DNA of 61,850 bases from Bigelowiella natans CCMP2755 (GCA_000320545.1 ADNK01001575.1:1-61850); one strand, 5' to 3'; shown: positions 1 through 16,032, counted from the stretch's first letter. A program made the numbers and translations. Notes: generated from the sequence alone by a model not told the origin.

Positions 1-2300
1 ATCCTCCCCCCGCGCCAGTTTTTTTTAAGATTTTAACGAGGTCGTCATGTCCTCCTTTTTCTGCGATTTCTAAAGCATTGCCAGTGTGGGAGGCAACATT
101 CACATCCTATGAAAGTGAAACCGGAAGAAATTTATGATAGCAGAATTTAGGTAACCCCCCCCCCCCCCCGTCCTCCTCTCGTAATACCGTCCTTCTTTCA
201 AAGCTTGATGTAAAGAATTCGCAGCGTGTGCGCATGTATAGTTTTGCTCTAAGTCAACTACAGCATGCATAGTTTTCGCTCATAGTCAATTAACTAAAAT
301 TAAAAGATGCGGCGCGCTAGAATGTTACACTCATGTACAGCGTCAATATGATCTACATACCGCGCTCGAGTCGCAAAGAAGCTCGACAATTGTGTTGTGC
401 CCTTTCCTCACAGCCCAGATTAAGCCAGTTTGCCCCAGATCGTCGGTTTCATTCAAATCTGCATCATTGTTTACGATGTCCCTCACGGTATCTATCTTAC
501 CTGGAAAACGCATTAATTGCAATTACTTCGCAATGCAATCTTCATTTTGTTAAAATCTGTACATGGCAAGGTTCATTGTTCGTTTGGATGTTAGTTGTAT
601 TGAGCTAGAGTCCGACCCTCTTTGCATGCCTCGATCAAGGACATGTTTGCACGGAACGGTCTCGATTAGACGACGACTTCAGTATCCGCGCCTTTTGAAG
701 GATGAGGAGGAAGGAATAAAAATTACACAACTGTACCCAATTTATCAACCAAATCTGGAAATCATCTTAGGACAAGAAGAATACTTGCGGGAAAAGGATC
801 TGGGAAGAGGGGGAGCGGGGATGAATGTTGCTTCCAAATTAATTAAAATCGCAATATTTTACATACGACAATCAATTTATGTTGTCGCAGGCATATATTT
901 CATTTGGTTGTTTAATTCGGCGTTTGGTTTCTGCGACAACAGAGGTTTTCTCTACAGGCTGAGATTCCCGGAAAATCTTCCCGTGAATAGAAAACCTGCC
1001 TTGCCCAACACGCAAGTGTAGAATGTCTAAATATATTTCCGGCTTCAAATATTGCCCAGATGGAGTTCCGGAACTATCGCAGCATTAGCTTAAAATCCAT
1101 AAGGTTTTGACTCTGCGACAAGCAATAGTCGAAAATTAGACGCCAGTGAGAAGCGGAAGACTGAAACCAGAAATGAAACGTCCTCGCGTGCATTTGCGGG
1201 TCGGCCATTGTAGCCCGTCTAGGGGGGATGGGGAGGTAAAGAGGGGAGCCACTCTCATACATGATAGACAACGATGGTATAATTGGCTTCTTGAAAGAAA
1301 GCGGGTTCTTTCCTTATCCTTTCGACACGTTTCAATGAACACCAGAGCGCATGAACGCATGAGCGCTGTGTGGGACTCGTGCGCAATCATCAAGCGTATA
1401 GTCGTATGGTCTTATTATTATATGTGCATTTGCTTAAGCTGAAACGTCATTGTTGTACAACCTCGCACGTAGCAGCTAGATATGGCACTTCATGGCACTC
1501 ATCATCGATCACAGACAAATCCATTTCAGACATGCAACGCAACATGATCACATCTAGTGTGTCGTTGGGTACATGGTTGTACATACAAGCGACATATATG
1601 CGATATATAATGTATTGCATGTCTATCATTGCGTTGTGAAAATTGAATGATCCTAACGAGCTCCTGGTGCTAGCAGAGCAGCCAATTGACTAATAAGCAG
1701 ATGAGGGCTTGCGCGCATGCATTCGTGACGCGTAAATTGCACAATCCCCGTTGTGCATTGAATAGTCGCTGGGCAATAAATGAACGCCTATCGTTATAGC
1801 TGATAAAAACATCAAAAACTTATAGTCTTTGATATCCAAACATGCTTAGTTGCATATGCGACAGTGCTAGCTACACACTTTTTTGGACACTATATGCCAT
1901 TGCCATCTTTCATTCATGACAAATTACATTCGCGGTCATCTAGAACATCTCGTAAATATATAGATCTTATAATGACTTCTAAACTTGGTCGTCAGCATCT
2001 TGGCCACATCGACGCTGTGATTCAACACGGTTGTGAATGATGGGCCAAAATAAGCGAAATCTTAAAGTGAGCTCAGCGCTCTGAATACCTTCATCATATA
2101 TTCATTAATTTCTATCTATTACACACGCAAACGAGGAGCATCGCCAACACTTCGTGGCAAGCCCTCTAACGGTTGACAAGGCTAACAATTTGTGCTATTC
2201 TACATTCCCAGCATCTTCGCGCTGCAGGCAGGTGTGTGTGTGTTAGTTTCAATTAGTGTTCATTCAATTCTTTTTTTGATGAAAAGAGGAAAAAACTGAT

Positions 2301-2429
2301 TTATTTGCTTATTCGCGAGTTTCCGAGGGAAAACCCAATAGATCGCTTTGAGTGTGAAGTGCGGGCGGTCAATGGAACACCGTTCTTCGGATATGACAAA
2401 TGCGTTCGACTTGTGCCTAATAACCAAAC

Positions 2430-2468
<39 letters not shown>

Positions 2469-4241
2469 GTGTGTGTGTGTCCAAAGGTAAGAAAGAATAT
2501 CGAAATCTGTTTTTTCCATCGGCGCTACGCATGCAGCAACGTTTTAGTTTTTGTATGAAAAAAAAAAAAGTCATCATCCTTACGTGAAGAAAGAGGAATT
2601 GAGTTGAGTGACGTGCCCGTTCTTAAACCGGTTCTTCGAGCAGTCGTCGGCCCCTTTACAATGCCGCTTGGGCTTGAATGTGTTCTTGCCGTTTGAGACC
2701 CCGAGCTGCCACCACCACCACTACCCCGCACAACACCAACAAAGTTATGCAATTGAGCTTGCTTGATGTAATCTGTTAGCGAGCGAGACGAATCTGGCTG
2801 CTGGTTGCTGACGACTTTGGCTGCATTCCCCCCCCCATTGATGCTTCTCTTTCTTGAGGACGAAGCGTTGGACGAGGACATGGCATAGTCGTGCTGCCGA
2901 ACAGGCTGTATCTGCGGTAGGAGCACAAAGAAAGGTAGAGGAGCGAAGAACATGCATTCGTCATCACCTCACTATTTGCCGTCCATAAGTCAAAAGTATA
3001 AACGTGGTGTGGCGGAGAGAAAGAACTCCAAAACGCCTATGCCTAGCTAAAGGACAATCGATGCGAATGATACATTTTTGGAGGCCAAAAAGAGCGAAGA
3101 CTCATTTCTTACCGAAGTGCGAGTAGAGACTGAAGGTGACGTGTTGCTACTTGTAAGCTGCGAAACTGCTCGTATACGCTGCGCAATGTTGCTTGATTCA
3201 TCCCATTGAAAACCGCTTCCTTCATTAATGCTCGGCGGACTGAGGGAGACGTCGGGAATTGTGAATAATCTTGCTTGTTAATAGCACATACACGGCACTC
3301 TTCTGAGGCGCATCTACGAAAAAACCTCCTGCTTAAGTCGAGGGAATATAGAAATCCGTCTTTCCCACGTAATATGGGTTGGAGAGCTTAAATGAACGAT
3401 AATTCTCGTCACAGAATTGAGTGGATTTGCGTCTGGACAAAGTTTATGAGGTTTCTCTATGCGACGTGCTCGTATACCTGTTGGGTCTATTTCCAACGCC
3501 CTCGCTCTCCATACTGCTACTCTTGAAAAACTTGGGACGCATCTTTGATGCGGAAGGGGCTTTTTTCTTGGCCTCCCACGCTCCTTTGGTGGTAACTGTA
3601 GCCTCCGGTGAAGAGCTACTGCTTTTTTTATTCGTGCCCTCCTAAACACACACACACACATACGCATGCTCTAATAATGAGAATAAATGAAGGTAAGCGA
3701 TAAAGGGAAAAGGAGAGCTCCTCCTATCTCCACTCTTATCACCACCCCATCATGACCTTGTCCTCTTCAATTTCTCATTCATTTCAACTTCGCAATTTTT
3801 ATTGTCATCATAGCTATTGCCATCAAAACTAGGGCTGATTTTGTGTTTATATGTGGAAAACCACCTTCAAAAGGCGCAGCTCCGCTTTCAACCCGATCAT
3901 TTCTTTCTGTAATCGAGAATTCTCCACGCGCATGTACCTAACAACACCCCATCGTGAATCCGCGCCGCCGTCGCAACTGCCTTATTGTTTTAACTAGAGG
4001 CATCATATCGTGCGAGTGGCTCGAATATTGGAATAATACGACGGATGCAGCGGTGAGAGGTAGAGATGCTGTTTTGGGGGCACAAAAGAAAAATACACGT
4101 AATAATGCAGTAAAGGGAAATCTGCAAGCGTTGGTTTGCATCTTACTCGAGATTCACTTTCGCTTTCTCCGCAAATCTGACGGCAGCACCAAGTTGTCTG
4201 AAACCGGCAAGAAGTATAGAGTGCGTGAGTTCGCGACGTGT

Positions 4242-4280
<39 letters not shown>

Positions 4281-4685
4281 GCGCGCGCGCAGCGACGGCA
4301 AAAAGAGACGTCTCTTCATATCGCTTGGTTGTACTGAAATGGAGGCTGCCTTTAATACAACAAACTTCTCTATGCATTTTAGGAAGATGTCACCGACGAC
4401 GGCGAGCACTATATGTGTAGATAATGACTAAGATCAAATGGTAATCTTCCGGAGGATGGTTACCGTTTAAGAGCCGACGACTCGCTAATCCGCCTTGTGC
4501 TGCCTTTGATGATCTTTCCGCGTGGTGATTGGGGCTGGCGCGGAGAAACCTTTCGACTAAATAAGCCCTGTAAAGCTTGTTCTACCCCACCCCCCCCTCC
4601 TCCACTTGCTCCATCTAAGTCCCCGGTCAGTGAGCTGGACCTTCAAGTACCAACAAACACATGCACACACACACACACACACACA

Positions 4686-4723
<38 letters not shown>

Positions 4724-4925
4724 ATATTACGTGAAATGAATTATGAATTCAATCGAACCTCTGATGAGAAGATGATGCCCTTGAGGAACTCTTAGAGCCC
4801 CCTCCCCCCCCACCCCCTCCCTTTAGCTTCCTAATCTGAGCGCGTTGGATCGCTATATCCGACTTGAGCTTCAGTACCAACCGCTTCTCGCGTATCCGCT
4901 CTCTCCGAATATCGTTCAATTCCTG

Positions 4926-4984
<59 letters not shown>

Positions 4985-5257
4985 ATTTATAGATATATCA
5001 CCACTTTCTTTGGTGGGAGTTTTTCCGTACCTCGAGGAGATGGGAGGGTTCCCCAACGACCTTCCTCCGCCATGTTTTGTTTGACTTGTCGCGCACTTTG
5101 GAGTTGCCAGCCTGGGCCTTGAGCGCATGATGCAGCGCTTTCATCTGAGATTCCATCTCATTTATTGCATCAGGTTGCTGGTGTACTAGCGAATCCATGT
5201 GCTCGTTCTTGAGGTGCTTGTTGTAGTATTTCTGTCGCGGGATTGGCCAAAGACTCA

Positions 5258-5296
<39 letters not shown>

Positions 5297-5467
5297 TTAT
5301 AAATATATATTACACTATGTAATATATGAATAATATCTGTGTTGTAATATGTATGTAAAATACCGTCAATGATGACTGCCATTGTTCCATGGGTGTGTCT
5401 TCTACGAGCTTCCTCAACTTGTCCACGACATTCTGTAAAGCTCGTTGGGATGACTGGAATTTGTGCT

Positions 5468-5506
<39 letters not shown>

Positions 5507-5565
5507 GATAAGGGAAGTAAGGCGGATATAAATAAATAAATATTTCAAAATATCTATCATATGTA

Positions 5566-5597
<32 letters not shown>

Positions 5598-8500
5598 GAG
5601 AGAGAGGGTGGGAGAGAGAAATCTTTTTATTTTCGAGCAGAATGAAACACTAAAGGCATAGTACCGAGCTGTTTGAATTGGATGGCTTTGGAAGCTATTG
5701 CATCCTTTTGCCCAGACCCTTGAAGCTCTAGCTGCATTTCGTGATTAGCTCGTGCTAGCACTTCCGCCTGAATTGTCATTTTAATTTATCGTAACGTTCT
5801 TTCATAGTACCACACAAATGCATTGTCATCTCCACGATCTATACTGCTGGTGTGCATCATTGGAATTCTTTTCAAATTTGAAGAAACACGCACCTGCATA
5901 GTGTTGATGGTCATTTTGAGCTCCTCCACCTTTGCATAGGGTTAGGAAAGGGGGGGGGGGGGGGGTTATCGTGATGATAGAGCGTACATCCAGATAATTC
6001 CAATGTGATATAATTGCGTCTTTTCCCTATATTTTAAAGTGTTTTGTATCTATATAAGATGCCTAGTCAGTGATCGTTTTGGATTATGCTGCCCAGTCAT
6101 CTTAGAGTGATCTTCGTCGTTGTTTTCGCGTTGTTTTTGGACCCCCTTGTCCTCAATCTCACCTTTTCTCTGAGAGGCTTTTGCTGATCTTTCATCTGCC
6201 CGATTTGCTGCTCCAGAACCTTCTGGTACTCTCCTCGAATCTCAATCTTTTATTTGAAAACAACATCATGTTAAGGCAGATACAAGCTTCCCAAGGAATC
6301 GATGAACATGGAGAGCAATCGCCTGACCTGATTCTTAAGCATAGTCGTTTCCACAGCCGCCCTCGAGACCTTCTCTTCAAAGATCTTTATCGTCTTTTTT
6401 TCTTCCTTGACCTTTTTCTTTAGATGCTCGATTTCATGCCGTTGCTCTTGTATTTCCCTCCCTTTAGATATTGAAAGTACGTGACACATTTGCATTTGCA
6501 TGCGACGCAATCGTCTTTCGGGGGGGATTTGGCATCTAGCTATGTGCTCTCAATATACAGTGTTCTTCCTCACGGTCTTTGTAGTCTTTCAAAGCAACCT
6601 AATCAATATTTCCAGGACTTCAAATTATGAAACACCGTAGAAACAAACAGGTAGTGCATGCGCACGATACAAATACGCGCGATCAAGTTTTTCCGTATGT
6701 CCAATGTATAAACACGATTAATCTTAAGATCTCATCATCACCTCATTGTGATGGATTTGGTTATCTCTCGCTCGAATCTGGTTCCCTGCTAGGAGGCTGT
6801 TCACAGTCGCCTTCTTCTCCATGCTCTTAATCGTTAAAAGATCTGGAAACATACAGCAGCGATAGCCGCAAGAGTCGGTGAGAAATCAGCCCCGCTTTGC
6901 ATATATCGAAAAATAAGTCAAATGTTTTTTGTGCTCGTATCATTGATTTGTAGAACAGTTGGTGTGGCAGGAAAAGCTTCATCTTGCTCGTTTTCTAACG
7001 CTTTGAGTACTCAGGGCAGAAGGCATGATGGCTCGGATGATCGTATGTTAGATCCCAAATCACGAACAAATCACTATAAACTTCGTAGTCCAATGCACCC
7101 ACGATTGCATATGTTATGTAAGGTATTACTTTTTTCTGCTAGCTGGTTATGCTCTTCCAGCTCTTGTCGCATGGTTTCATTAAACTGCTGAGTCTTCACC
7201 ACCGCAGTTTGCCTTTGCTTTGATATCTGCTCTCGGAGCCTTGTGATGAGGAGGTCTTTATTCGAATGCTCCAATTTATTGGCAGCACGTTCTTTCTCCA
7301 ACGTTGCTGCTGTCTCGTCAAGAGATTTCTTTTGTTCTGAGAGCACATAAAATCATACTGTCAGTACTGATACTTCAGCAGTGGGAATTCTCGCTCGTGT
7401 TATACGACAAGCGCTCAATACAGATACTGTGTAATTCTTTAATATAGAAGTTTGGTTGTTGCCTGCAAGGGCTTCGTCCTTTCGCAGCTCGAGTTCATCG
7501 CGGATATCGCGCAGTTTGATCCTCCATTCTTTTGTTATATCCTTGATTTCGGCCTCATTATCCTTCTCCATCTCTTGTTGGATAATCTATACAACAGAAC
7601 ATCCCCAGAATTCTGTTTTCAGTATGGAAAGAACCGGATGCGAGTGGAAGTGGCGAAGCAGCTCGCAGATAGATTACCTTATTTCGGAATTTTTCCTTCT
7701 CTTGCAGAGCCTGCATTTCCTGGATTAGCTGGTCCTTTTTCCTCAACAGCGAGCGCATCGCAGACTTCATTTCGCCGACTTTTTTTGCGTGATCATTGGA
7801 GAGCAGCTTCAGCGCGAAGTCTTTGTCGGTATTCATCTGTTTTCCAAAGGAAGCGGGAATAAGTGAGATTTCAAAGCAGACCAGATGCACACATTGCTAA
7901 TAACACACTCGGATTCTAATCTGCTATATCCAACGAAGAATTGTTGCTGTAAACCTCTTTTATCTTATGTTCCATCATTTTTCCAAGGCCTTTCAGTTTT
8001 TCGAATCCGGTTCTCGTCATTTGAACAATATCTTTATCCCCCGTAAAGAGCTGAAACAGAGAGCGATTGGAGAAAAGGGAAAAATCACCAAACTACTTGC
8101 TTAGACATGGAAGAGCATGCCAAAATTCCGACCAACCACCCCCCTGTTATGGCACTTTTGGACAACGGAGGAACTATGGAAGTGTTGTTGGCTGTATCTA
8201 AACTCTGTTTGCGTCTGACACTACGTACACCACGCACAAGCATGCTGGGCAAATATGAAATTAGGTGTGAGTATATTCCTGTGTCATCTGTGCATGATTG
8301 TTACCTCTCTCTGGAATTTCCTCTGCATTATTCGCCGACGGCGTTGCTCCTGAAAGAAAAAGGAATAGAATCAAGTTCTCCCTTCGGTTTTTCTATCTCA
8401 ATAAGTCAACTTTAGTCTCCCCGTCGGGCGCTGCAGCTTCTCCAGGCACCAACTTCATCAGCAACGTTTCAGGGTGTAGATGACCTCCTTCCATTCGAGG

Positions 8501-9599
8501 CAGGGAATCTTGAACGAACCATCCTAACGGAGTAGATTTATTCTCTCAGAATACGTCTTATGATACAGAAACTGTTACGCTATTTCTCAGAAGTCTATCC
8601 ATGATAGAGTGCCAACTCAATCATTTTATCGCTTCGAAATCCCCTTCTACACGCCACGGACAAATTTAACACAACAATGCTCGATGATCTTGGTAGAGGT
8701 TGTGCTCTTATATGTAGCGTGTGAAGTCTCCCAACCTAGGCTCCCGACGTGCTTGAAACGCATCAAGCCCATTAATGTCATACCACCCTCCGACGATAAA
8801 GCAACAACTTTGCCAGAAACAGGAAACACTTTAATAGAAACAATCCCGCTCTTTGAGACCGGGAAACATGCATACGGCAGCACGACAAACGCCCTCTTTT
8901 CCATATCCAGCCGTGGTGGCCATTTGCATGCTACTACTTTACCGCACTGAAGCCAACAAAGACAGCAATGGTATGAGGAAAAAATGAGTATTTTATGACC
9001 CCAATTCTTCACGATCATCATCATCCTTTTTGCTTCTTCCGAACACTTGGAGCATACCCCCCCCGCTACCAAGGCGCATCATATACGGACAAAACGAATC
9101 CTCCCATCTGTTCCTATCCCCTTTGCCTACATTTGTTCCTAAGAGAAGCACGTCGCGGTGAGCTTCGATTGCAATGCACGTGAAGCGCAGATTGAAGTTT
9201 CTCTCCATTTCCAAAGGCAGGATAGTGACCCCACGTGCTACTCTGCTCTCTGCTAGTTCTCCCTCTACGGTGCTGCCTCCTGGGTTGTAGTAGGTAAAGC
9301 AAAGACGCAGTAACTATTCGCACCTTCTGACTGTACATGTACCGAGCATGGGAGATTTTTATAGAATAAAGTTGAAAGATGTTTTAGCCTTGAAATATCG
9401 TGATCCCCCCCCCTTTCTATTTGAAGATCTCTGGAGCGGCAGTGGCATCTCCTTCCCTCCATTTATTTTGTTCTTGCATGCGAATTCCAGCCCCCACATT
9501 CTTCATAGATGCTTACCTGTCATGGAGGGCTGTCGTGACCCAAGGAACGAACTTGATATACTATCCTGCTGCATCCCAATGTCTCCTCCTTTTACCATT

Positions 9600-9674
<75 letters not shown>

Positions 9675-10557
9675 CAAATGGTAAAATCCTTAAAGATGCC
9701 TATCGACGGCATTATATCACTCTACAAAAAGAACCAACGCTCAAAGAAACACCAGTGCCTTGAAGAACTAGCAGTCGCGAGTTAGACACATCCTCCCCAA
9801 AGGCCACGGCTCTGAAATTGTGTGAAGGATTCCCCATCCAGAAGTTCGGGTTGTCTACGACGACTTGCTTCATCTTATACTCCTTTGGAAACCATCGCAC
9901 GATAAGGTACAATTGCGAACGTGCGGGTGTCAGAGCATGCACAGGTATTCATACTTCTGGATTTTAAAAATTAAAGGACGGTGATGTGGCTGCTGCCTCT
10001 CGATATATAGCCACATACTGTATGCGGGGCAAACACCGTTACGCCGAAATAACATATTTGCTCACGCGCAATTTCGTACATGATCACACAGGTGCGAGAA
10101 AGAGAGCGGGGGGGGGGGGGGGGTAGAGAGAGGGAAATAGAGAAGGAACTGCAACTGTCAAACGCAAAAGTCAAGTGAAATAAAACCAAAAACACATGCA
10201 GCGCCATCCCACCTTATCTTGGAAGATCTGCACGTAGGATCCCTTTCGAAAGTCGTAGGTGGCTACCACGCCCCCGCTACATACTCGTGTTAATAAGAGA
10301 TCATCTTCAGAGAAGCACAGATCTTGGATATCTCCTGACTTATCGAGTTGGGGTAGCGCGACAACTGGAGAATGCCACAATGTGCTATACACAGTCGCCT
10401 TTTTCCCTCTTGCTGTCGCAAACAAATGCCCCCCGTTTGACCACCGAAGCACCTAAAAAAAACACAAGGCTCATTTCCAGCTGTTGTGCACGCATTCTAA
10501 TGGAGGCTCGTAGCATGCTTCCCTCACGGGTACTATTTCTTGTTAAGAATGATACGT

Positions 10558-10591
<34 letters not shown>

Positions 10592-10893
10592 ATGTGCGTG
10601 TGTGTGTATGTGTGTGTTTCTGTGTCGGGGAAAGATCATAAGAATCCGTATTTAACCCACCACTTTCGTGAAACCATCCGACGTCGATACGTTGAACGTT
10701 GAAGTAAGGTGCAGACTGGGGTGTATGCCCCACACGATAGAGAACAACTACAAATAGTAGAGCGACGATGTTTTTCGAAAGGATCATGCGTGTCAGCATC
10801 AAAGGGCACTGAAATCGATAGTTTCCTCCAAACATAAAAAATAAATGACACTCATACTCGCTCAATTAGTTACATGGAAATAACCAAACACAA

Positions 10894-10960
<67 letters not shown>

Positions 10961-11866
10961 CATATTACTATCTTTGTATCATGTTCCCTTGGTTATGTCA
11001 CATCTACTCTCTGCACTGTTATTCCACACAAGCCAATAGTCGAACAAAAGAACATTCTCTCTGCAGCAAGCACCACCTGCACGTTGCTGTGCGTCGCCAC
11101 CAGCAGCTTGCTCCCATCAGGATGCAGAGATATATCTAAAATATCTGAAATCTGATGCAGACAAGGACCTAATGCAGCCACTCCGCCCTCTGCGCATCAT
11201 TTGGAAAAACATCAATGATTTGCACGTCCCCCCCCCGCGCATATCCAAGCAGATGGTAGTAATTCGTCTAGAACACACCTTGTCTCAAATCCAACAGTGT
11301 GAGCCGGCCGGAATCCTCGTGATAGGCGACTAGTGATGCACTCTGATCCGAGGAGGTTACCCTTGATACCTTTTGGAGGTCGCGACCACACAAATACAAT
11401 ATCAAGGATAACAGCTCATCGTTGTGTATTCACAGAAAAACGCTCTGTTCTTGGAAAGGCGGTCAAGGGCAATTTGCCTCGAAATATTGAAGTGCTTAGC
11501 ACGAATAAATTAGAAGTGAAGGTTTTTTTAAAAAAAAGTAATCAGGCGGTATTAGGAACTTCGATAACTGATATCGCGCAGCAAGGGCTCAACGGTTTCG
11601 AGCGGACTTTGAAACGAGCGTTTCGATTTTTGATTTCGTCATTAATTAGTGGAAAGAAGCATAGCATTGTGTCGCTAAAAGTGATATAGCACATTCGCTT
11701 TGCACCAAATTTCCGCGTAAACTGTGCTACTAAGATCTCTGTCGGTACCTTGGCTGTCTGGCCCGAAACCAATGTGAAATTTGCTATATGGGACTTCTTG
11801 TATTTGAGGGTCGTATTCAATACTTTGGATTTAAGAATCCCGAGACCCTTCATGTAAAACACGCGG

Positions 11867-11921
<55 letters not shown>

Positions 11922-11927
11922 AGGGAG

Positions 11928-11964
<37 letters not shown>

Positions 11965-13334
11965 GCGAGGGAGAGAAGAGACTTCTACCGACATATAGTG
12001 TCACACAGATGTAATTGTACACAAGATCAGCGTCCAAACAGAATAAAAATACTAGCGTATTCAGTCAGATATTCCATAATAAACAAAAAGTCTTTACACA
12101 GAGCGAAGAATACTTCACGAACTCTATCTGACCTCAGCGTGAATAACGATAACATCGTTATCTTCCCCTGGCAACTCATAAGACTGGACTGTCAAAATTC
12201 GCTCGCCTTGAGCGCCGGCCGTTTTGACGTCAGTGAAATCGTACTTTATCTCCGTACTTGAGCGGCTGAACACGTACACCTTTCCCATAGAATCGCCGCC
12301 AACAATGCCTAAAATATTACTCGCTCGATTAGTTTCGTCGTGCATTGATCGGAGCCCATCGGCGCTTTCAATACAGCAATATTCCCACTGAATAGGGGGT
12401 GAATACCTGATCTACATGGGCAGAGCGACAACATCGGGGACATTTCGACAGATTTGTGATCAGAATAGCTGATGCTTTGCAAGATTGCCCGACTCTTCGA
12501 GGAAACGATGAGAAGTTCATGCTGACCGGGAAATATATAAACACGTTTAGTGACGCAAGCACGCACGCACGTATACGCACATGCGCGTAACGAAGTTTGT
12601 TAAACTCGATGAAAAAATGTTCATTTCCTAATCCACACACACGTTAATAGCGAAATCCTTCTTCGGATTTGAGTAACCATAAGTCCCCTCTCCAATGTAA
12701 TGTGTTTTGTGTGAAAGAAAGCAGGAAAACTTCAGTATTTCAAACCATCTATGAGAACGCCCGCACTTCGTGCACAACGAATAAAACGATTTGGAATTAC
12801 CATTTTGTGTTTGTTGTTTCACTACACACAATCTCTACACGACATTTCTGGCAAACTAAATCTAGCAACCCTCATTTTCAGTATTTATCTATATTCTCCT
12901 CACTTGGGTTGAGGCTGCAAGTATTTGAGGCATTAGATAGCAATGCGCTTGCACATTATAATGCTTGTCTTCGTTCCTTGTCCCGCAGATGCAGGTGCTC
13001 TCCATTTTGGATCCTAGCCGGATGGTTCTCCAAAACTTGTTTCCTGGAGAAGGGAAAAGCTTTTTATACACTTCAAACAAAGTACAGCTTTTCTGTCTAA
13101 ATCGAAGATGATAATGCCTAACGTGTCACTCCAGGCTTGTCGATAACTCAGCTACGCATTTGCTTACCAGACGCGCACATCTCCAATGCATCCGTCGGAT
13201 GAAACGTGATGTTTTCAATTATAGCATCGGTATAAATGCCAAGAAATTGAGGCTGATATGATGGAATACGCGTACCGAAAAAAAGGCATAATTGTGAATT
13301 CAATTGCCCTTTGTAATATTGCAGCTCTCGCTAT

Positions 13335-13379
<45 letters not shown>

Positions 13380-13506
13380 TTCTCTCATTTTCGTGCAAGT
13401 ATTTAGTCTTCCTTGAGTGTCTGTGTTTGACTGTATCTTTCTTATTCGCTTACCTTTTGATATTATGTATGCTCTCACATCACACACACACACACATATT
13501 TATATA

Positions 13507-13544
<38 letters not shown>

Positions 13545-13740
13545 TATTAGCGCACTTCTTCTTGTTAACCTTCTTGCCTATAGCTACTGATTCGGTTCTC
13601 CATATAGCGATACGAGACTCATTCCGGCCTTCAAAGTAAATGGCAGCTCCGACATAGATGTTATTTGCAGATAAACATACAGAGTGGACCTGCGACACAT
13701 TTTCGAATATTTTCATGTGAGGCTATCACGTATGTACTCA

Positions 13741-13780
<40 letters not shown>

Positions 13781-14130
13781 ATATCATAGAGAGCAAAGGA
13801 AGAGGCATATTGCGTATGTGTATGTGTGTGTTTTACTCTCATAAATTCTATAATTTCGAGATGAATCTTCCAATCAAAACACGCAATCATTGGCATATAA
13901 ATGTGATAGAGTAAGAATGAAAAGAGACCTGGCCCTCGGGTATGGCCATTTCAAACATCACAGCTCCTGATTTCCAAGAACATGAATACTCAGTTCCATT
14001 TCCATATTCTAATCGACAAAGAAACAGACATATGGACAAGTGACGTTCTCCGCCCACCCACCCACCCGTGGCACGAGATATTAACGTCATCAAAGCGAAC
14101 GGCGCGATTCCTTTTTGTCCTGCAAATAGC
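2301..14130 (-). CDS. CFAP57: Multi-exon WD40-repeat + long coiled-coil protein, CFAP57/WDR65-like (cilia/flagella); both ends approximate
   Basis: Exon peptides WSNGGHLFATARGKKATVYST...DIQDLCFSEDDLLL (10171-10452), ISLHPDGSKLLVATHSNVQV (about 11070-11150), FTCIAIEAHRDVLLLGTNVG (about 9120-9210) and KVVACKWP...GKVVALSSEGG (8750-8945) resemble CFAP57 WD repeats. They are followed by coiled-coil exons at about 4.8-8.5 kb. A phase-consistent last exon ends at the stop at 2301. That the distal low-complexity exons belong to the same gene is inferred. Confidence 0.7.
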
Positions 14131-14622
14131 AACCATCCCAACATATCGATTACAACAAATGATCCAAGAAAATCAAACATGTACGAAATTCAATCGAAAA
14201 AGTAGATTTACTATATACCGCGCGCAGCTCCTTTCCTAAAACTTCAGTGTGCGCGTAACGAATTGGAAAAAAGGTTTTGATTGCGAACATAGCTGGTGGA
14301 CCTTCTCGCTCCACAACAGCAATCATACTAGCTTGATACTGTTCTTCCTCGCTTTGACTATTTGACCTTACAATAGATCACGCGCTTGAGTCATTACGAG
14401 TCGGCAGAAGAACTTGCTCTCAAAGCCGCGTTGCATCTCTCGCGAAAATACTGACATGACTACGCTCTCAATTCGGCCACTTGCAGTTGTGATAATGGAA
14501 GTATTTGTTGTTGGTAAACGGTGCTTTTTCCCACCAAAAATTGCTTATAATTTCGTCAATCTTGCTATTTTGCTGCTTAAAAGTGCTATCGATCATTTAT
14601 CGCTTACGTGCGTGTGCTTTTT

Positions 14623-14923
14623 CTATTCGCAGAGCTGGCTGGCGTTGATGCGTCTTCGTCGATATCTTGCTCTTCTGATGCCATTGACATGGGCGCGCAT
14701 GCTAGCAGAGGCTGCTTTGTCGTACGGAAGATACGCTCTGCCTGTGTATTCAAAAGGGGAGACTTCGTCATAAACACAAACGAGGGCTTTATGTGCGATG
14801 ACCCTGGTTCGTGGGTCCAAATGAGAAAACAATGCATAGGAGCAATGGAATGTTGTCGTATTGTACGGATGCATGCCTTGCAGCAAGCCTGGGTGTTTTT
14901 CGTATACTACTACTTTCATGCTA

Positions 14924-14962
<39 letters not shown>

Positions 14963-15194
14963 AAATAGCTTTCGGTTCTCGCAGGGGGGCAAATCAAGAG
15001 CAGACAACAAAACTAGAAAAGCGCTTAAATGTTCCCTGTTGTATTTGCTACTAGCATTCTCTAGTCATCATGTCTTGAGATACTCTAAGATAAAGTGACT
15101 GGATGGAATAAATCACCTCCTTTGTGCTTCGAAGCGCCGCTATATGGCGACAAGTGGTGCGATTTTCCCGTTTTTCCTAGTTTTATTTTTTAAT

Positions 15195-15229
<35 letters not shown>

Positions 15230-15231
15230 TA

Positions 15232-15274
<43 letters not shown>

Positions 15275-15464
15275 ATTTTATTAGATTTTGGATCGTTCTT
15301 TGTATATGCAGGAAACATACTTCGATAGAGAAAATAATATGAGAGAGAGAAAGAGATGTGTATTTACCCAGAGTTGGCTTCCCGTGGTTAAAACGAATGA
15401 ACACCGAGACGATAAGCAAAAAGTGTAGTCCGAATTGCCTGACAGCAACGCCACGCGGAGACAA
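14623..15464 (-). CDS. Small spliced gene, possibly secreted, unknown function
   Basis: MSPRGVAVRQFGLHFLLIVSVFIRFNHGKPTLG (signal-peptide-like) is followed by a GTAAAT donor; there is a downstream coding-like exon at 14623-14915. Confidence 0.35.
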
Positions 15465-15540
15465 TTCATAATGTAATGATTATTCAATAGAAATCATCAT
15501 AAAACAAGTATTTGTGTGCGCACACGCATGCTTTCTCGGC

Positions 15541-15581
<41 letters not shown>

Positions 15582-16032
15582 GGGAGGGGGGTACTAAGGA
15601 AAGATGGCGTTGAGAGAGGGGGGGACAGGTTAATTCGACTTACAAGGAGATGTCTGGGAGTGCGGATCTATATCACATTTCGTTCCTACAGGAGGGCGTC
15701 CAACGCATAGAAAAAATAAATTGCTTTAGCATACATTCACGCACATTTCCACGCACACAAACACACACACACACACACACACACGTTTCCAGACACACGC
15801 AATGAATTAATACACACAAACTCATAAACTCTGCGCACATTTTGTATTGTGGTTGTTTGTATGTATATGCGTGAATGTGTCAGATTTTCCCTCTGAGAAG
15901 ATCATCACCTTCATTTTGAGTCATTGCAGCAGCCCTGTTCATTTTAAAGAATAGACAAAAGCGCACAATTACAAATTCGAAGAGGCCAAACTCTCCCAAA
16001 CGCAAGAATGGCGAGGAAAATATCATCACTCT

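Noticed and set aside
1440-2240. Another TpA-purged tract
   Set aside because: It has some CA/TG-rich patches but many ordinary TpA remain; at most partial, so not called.
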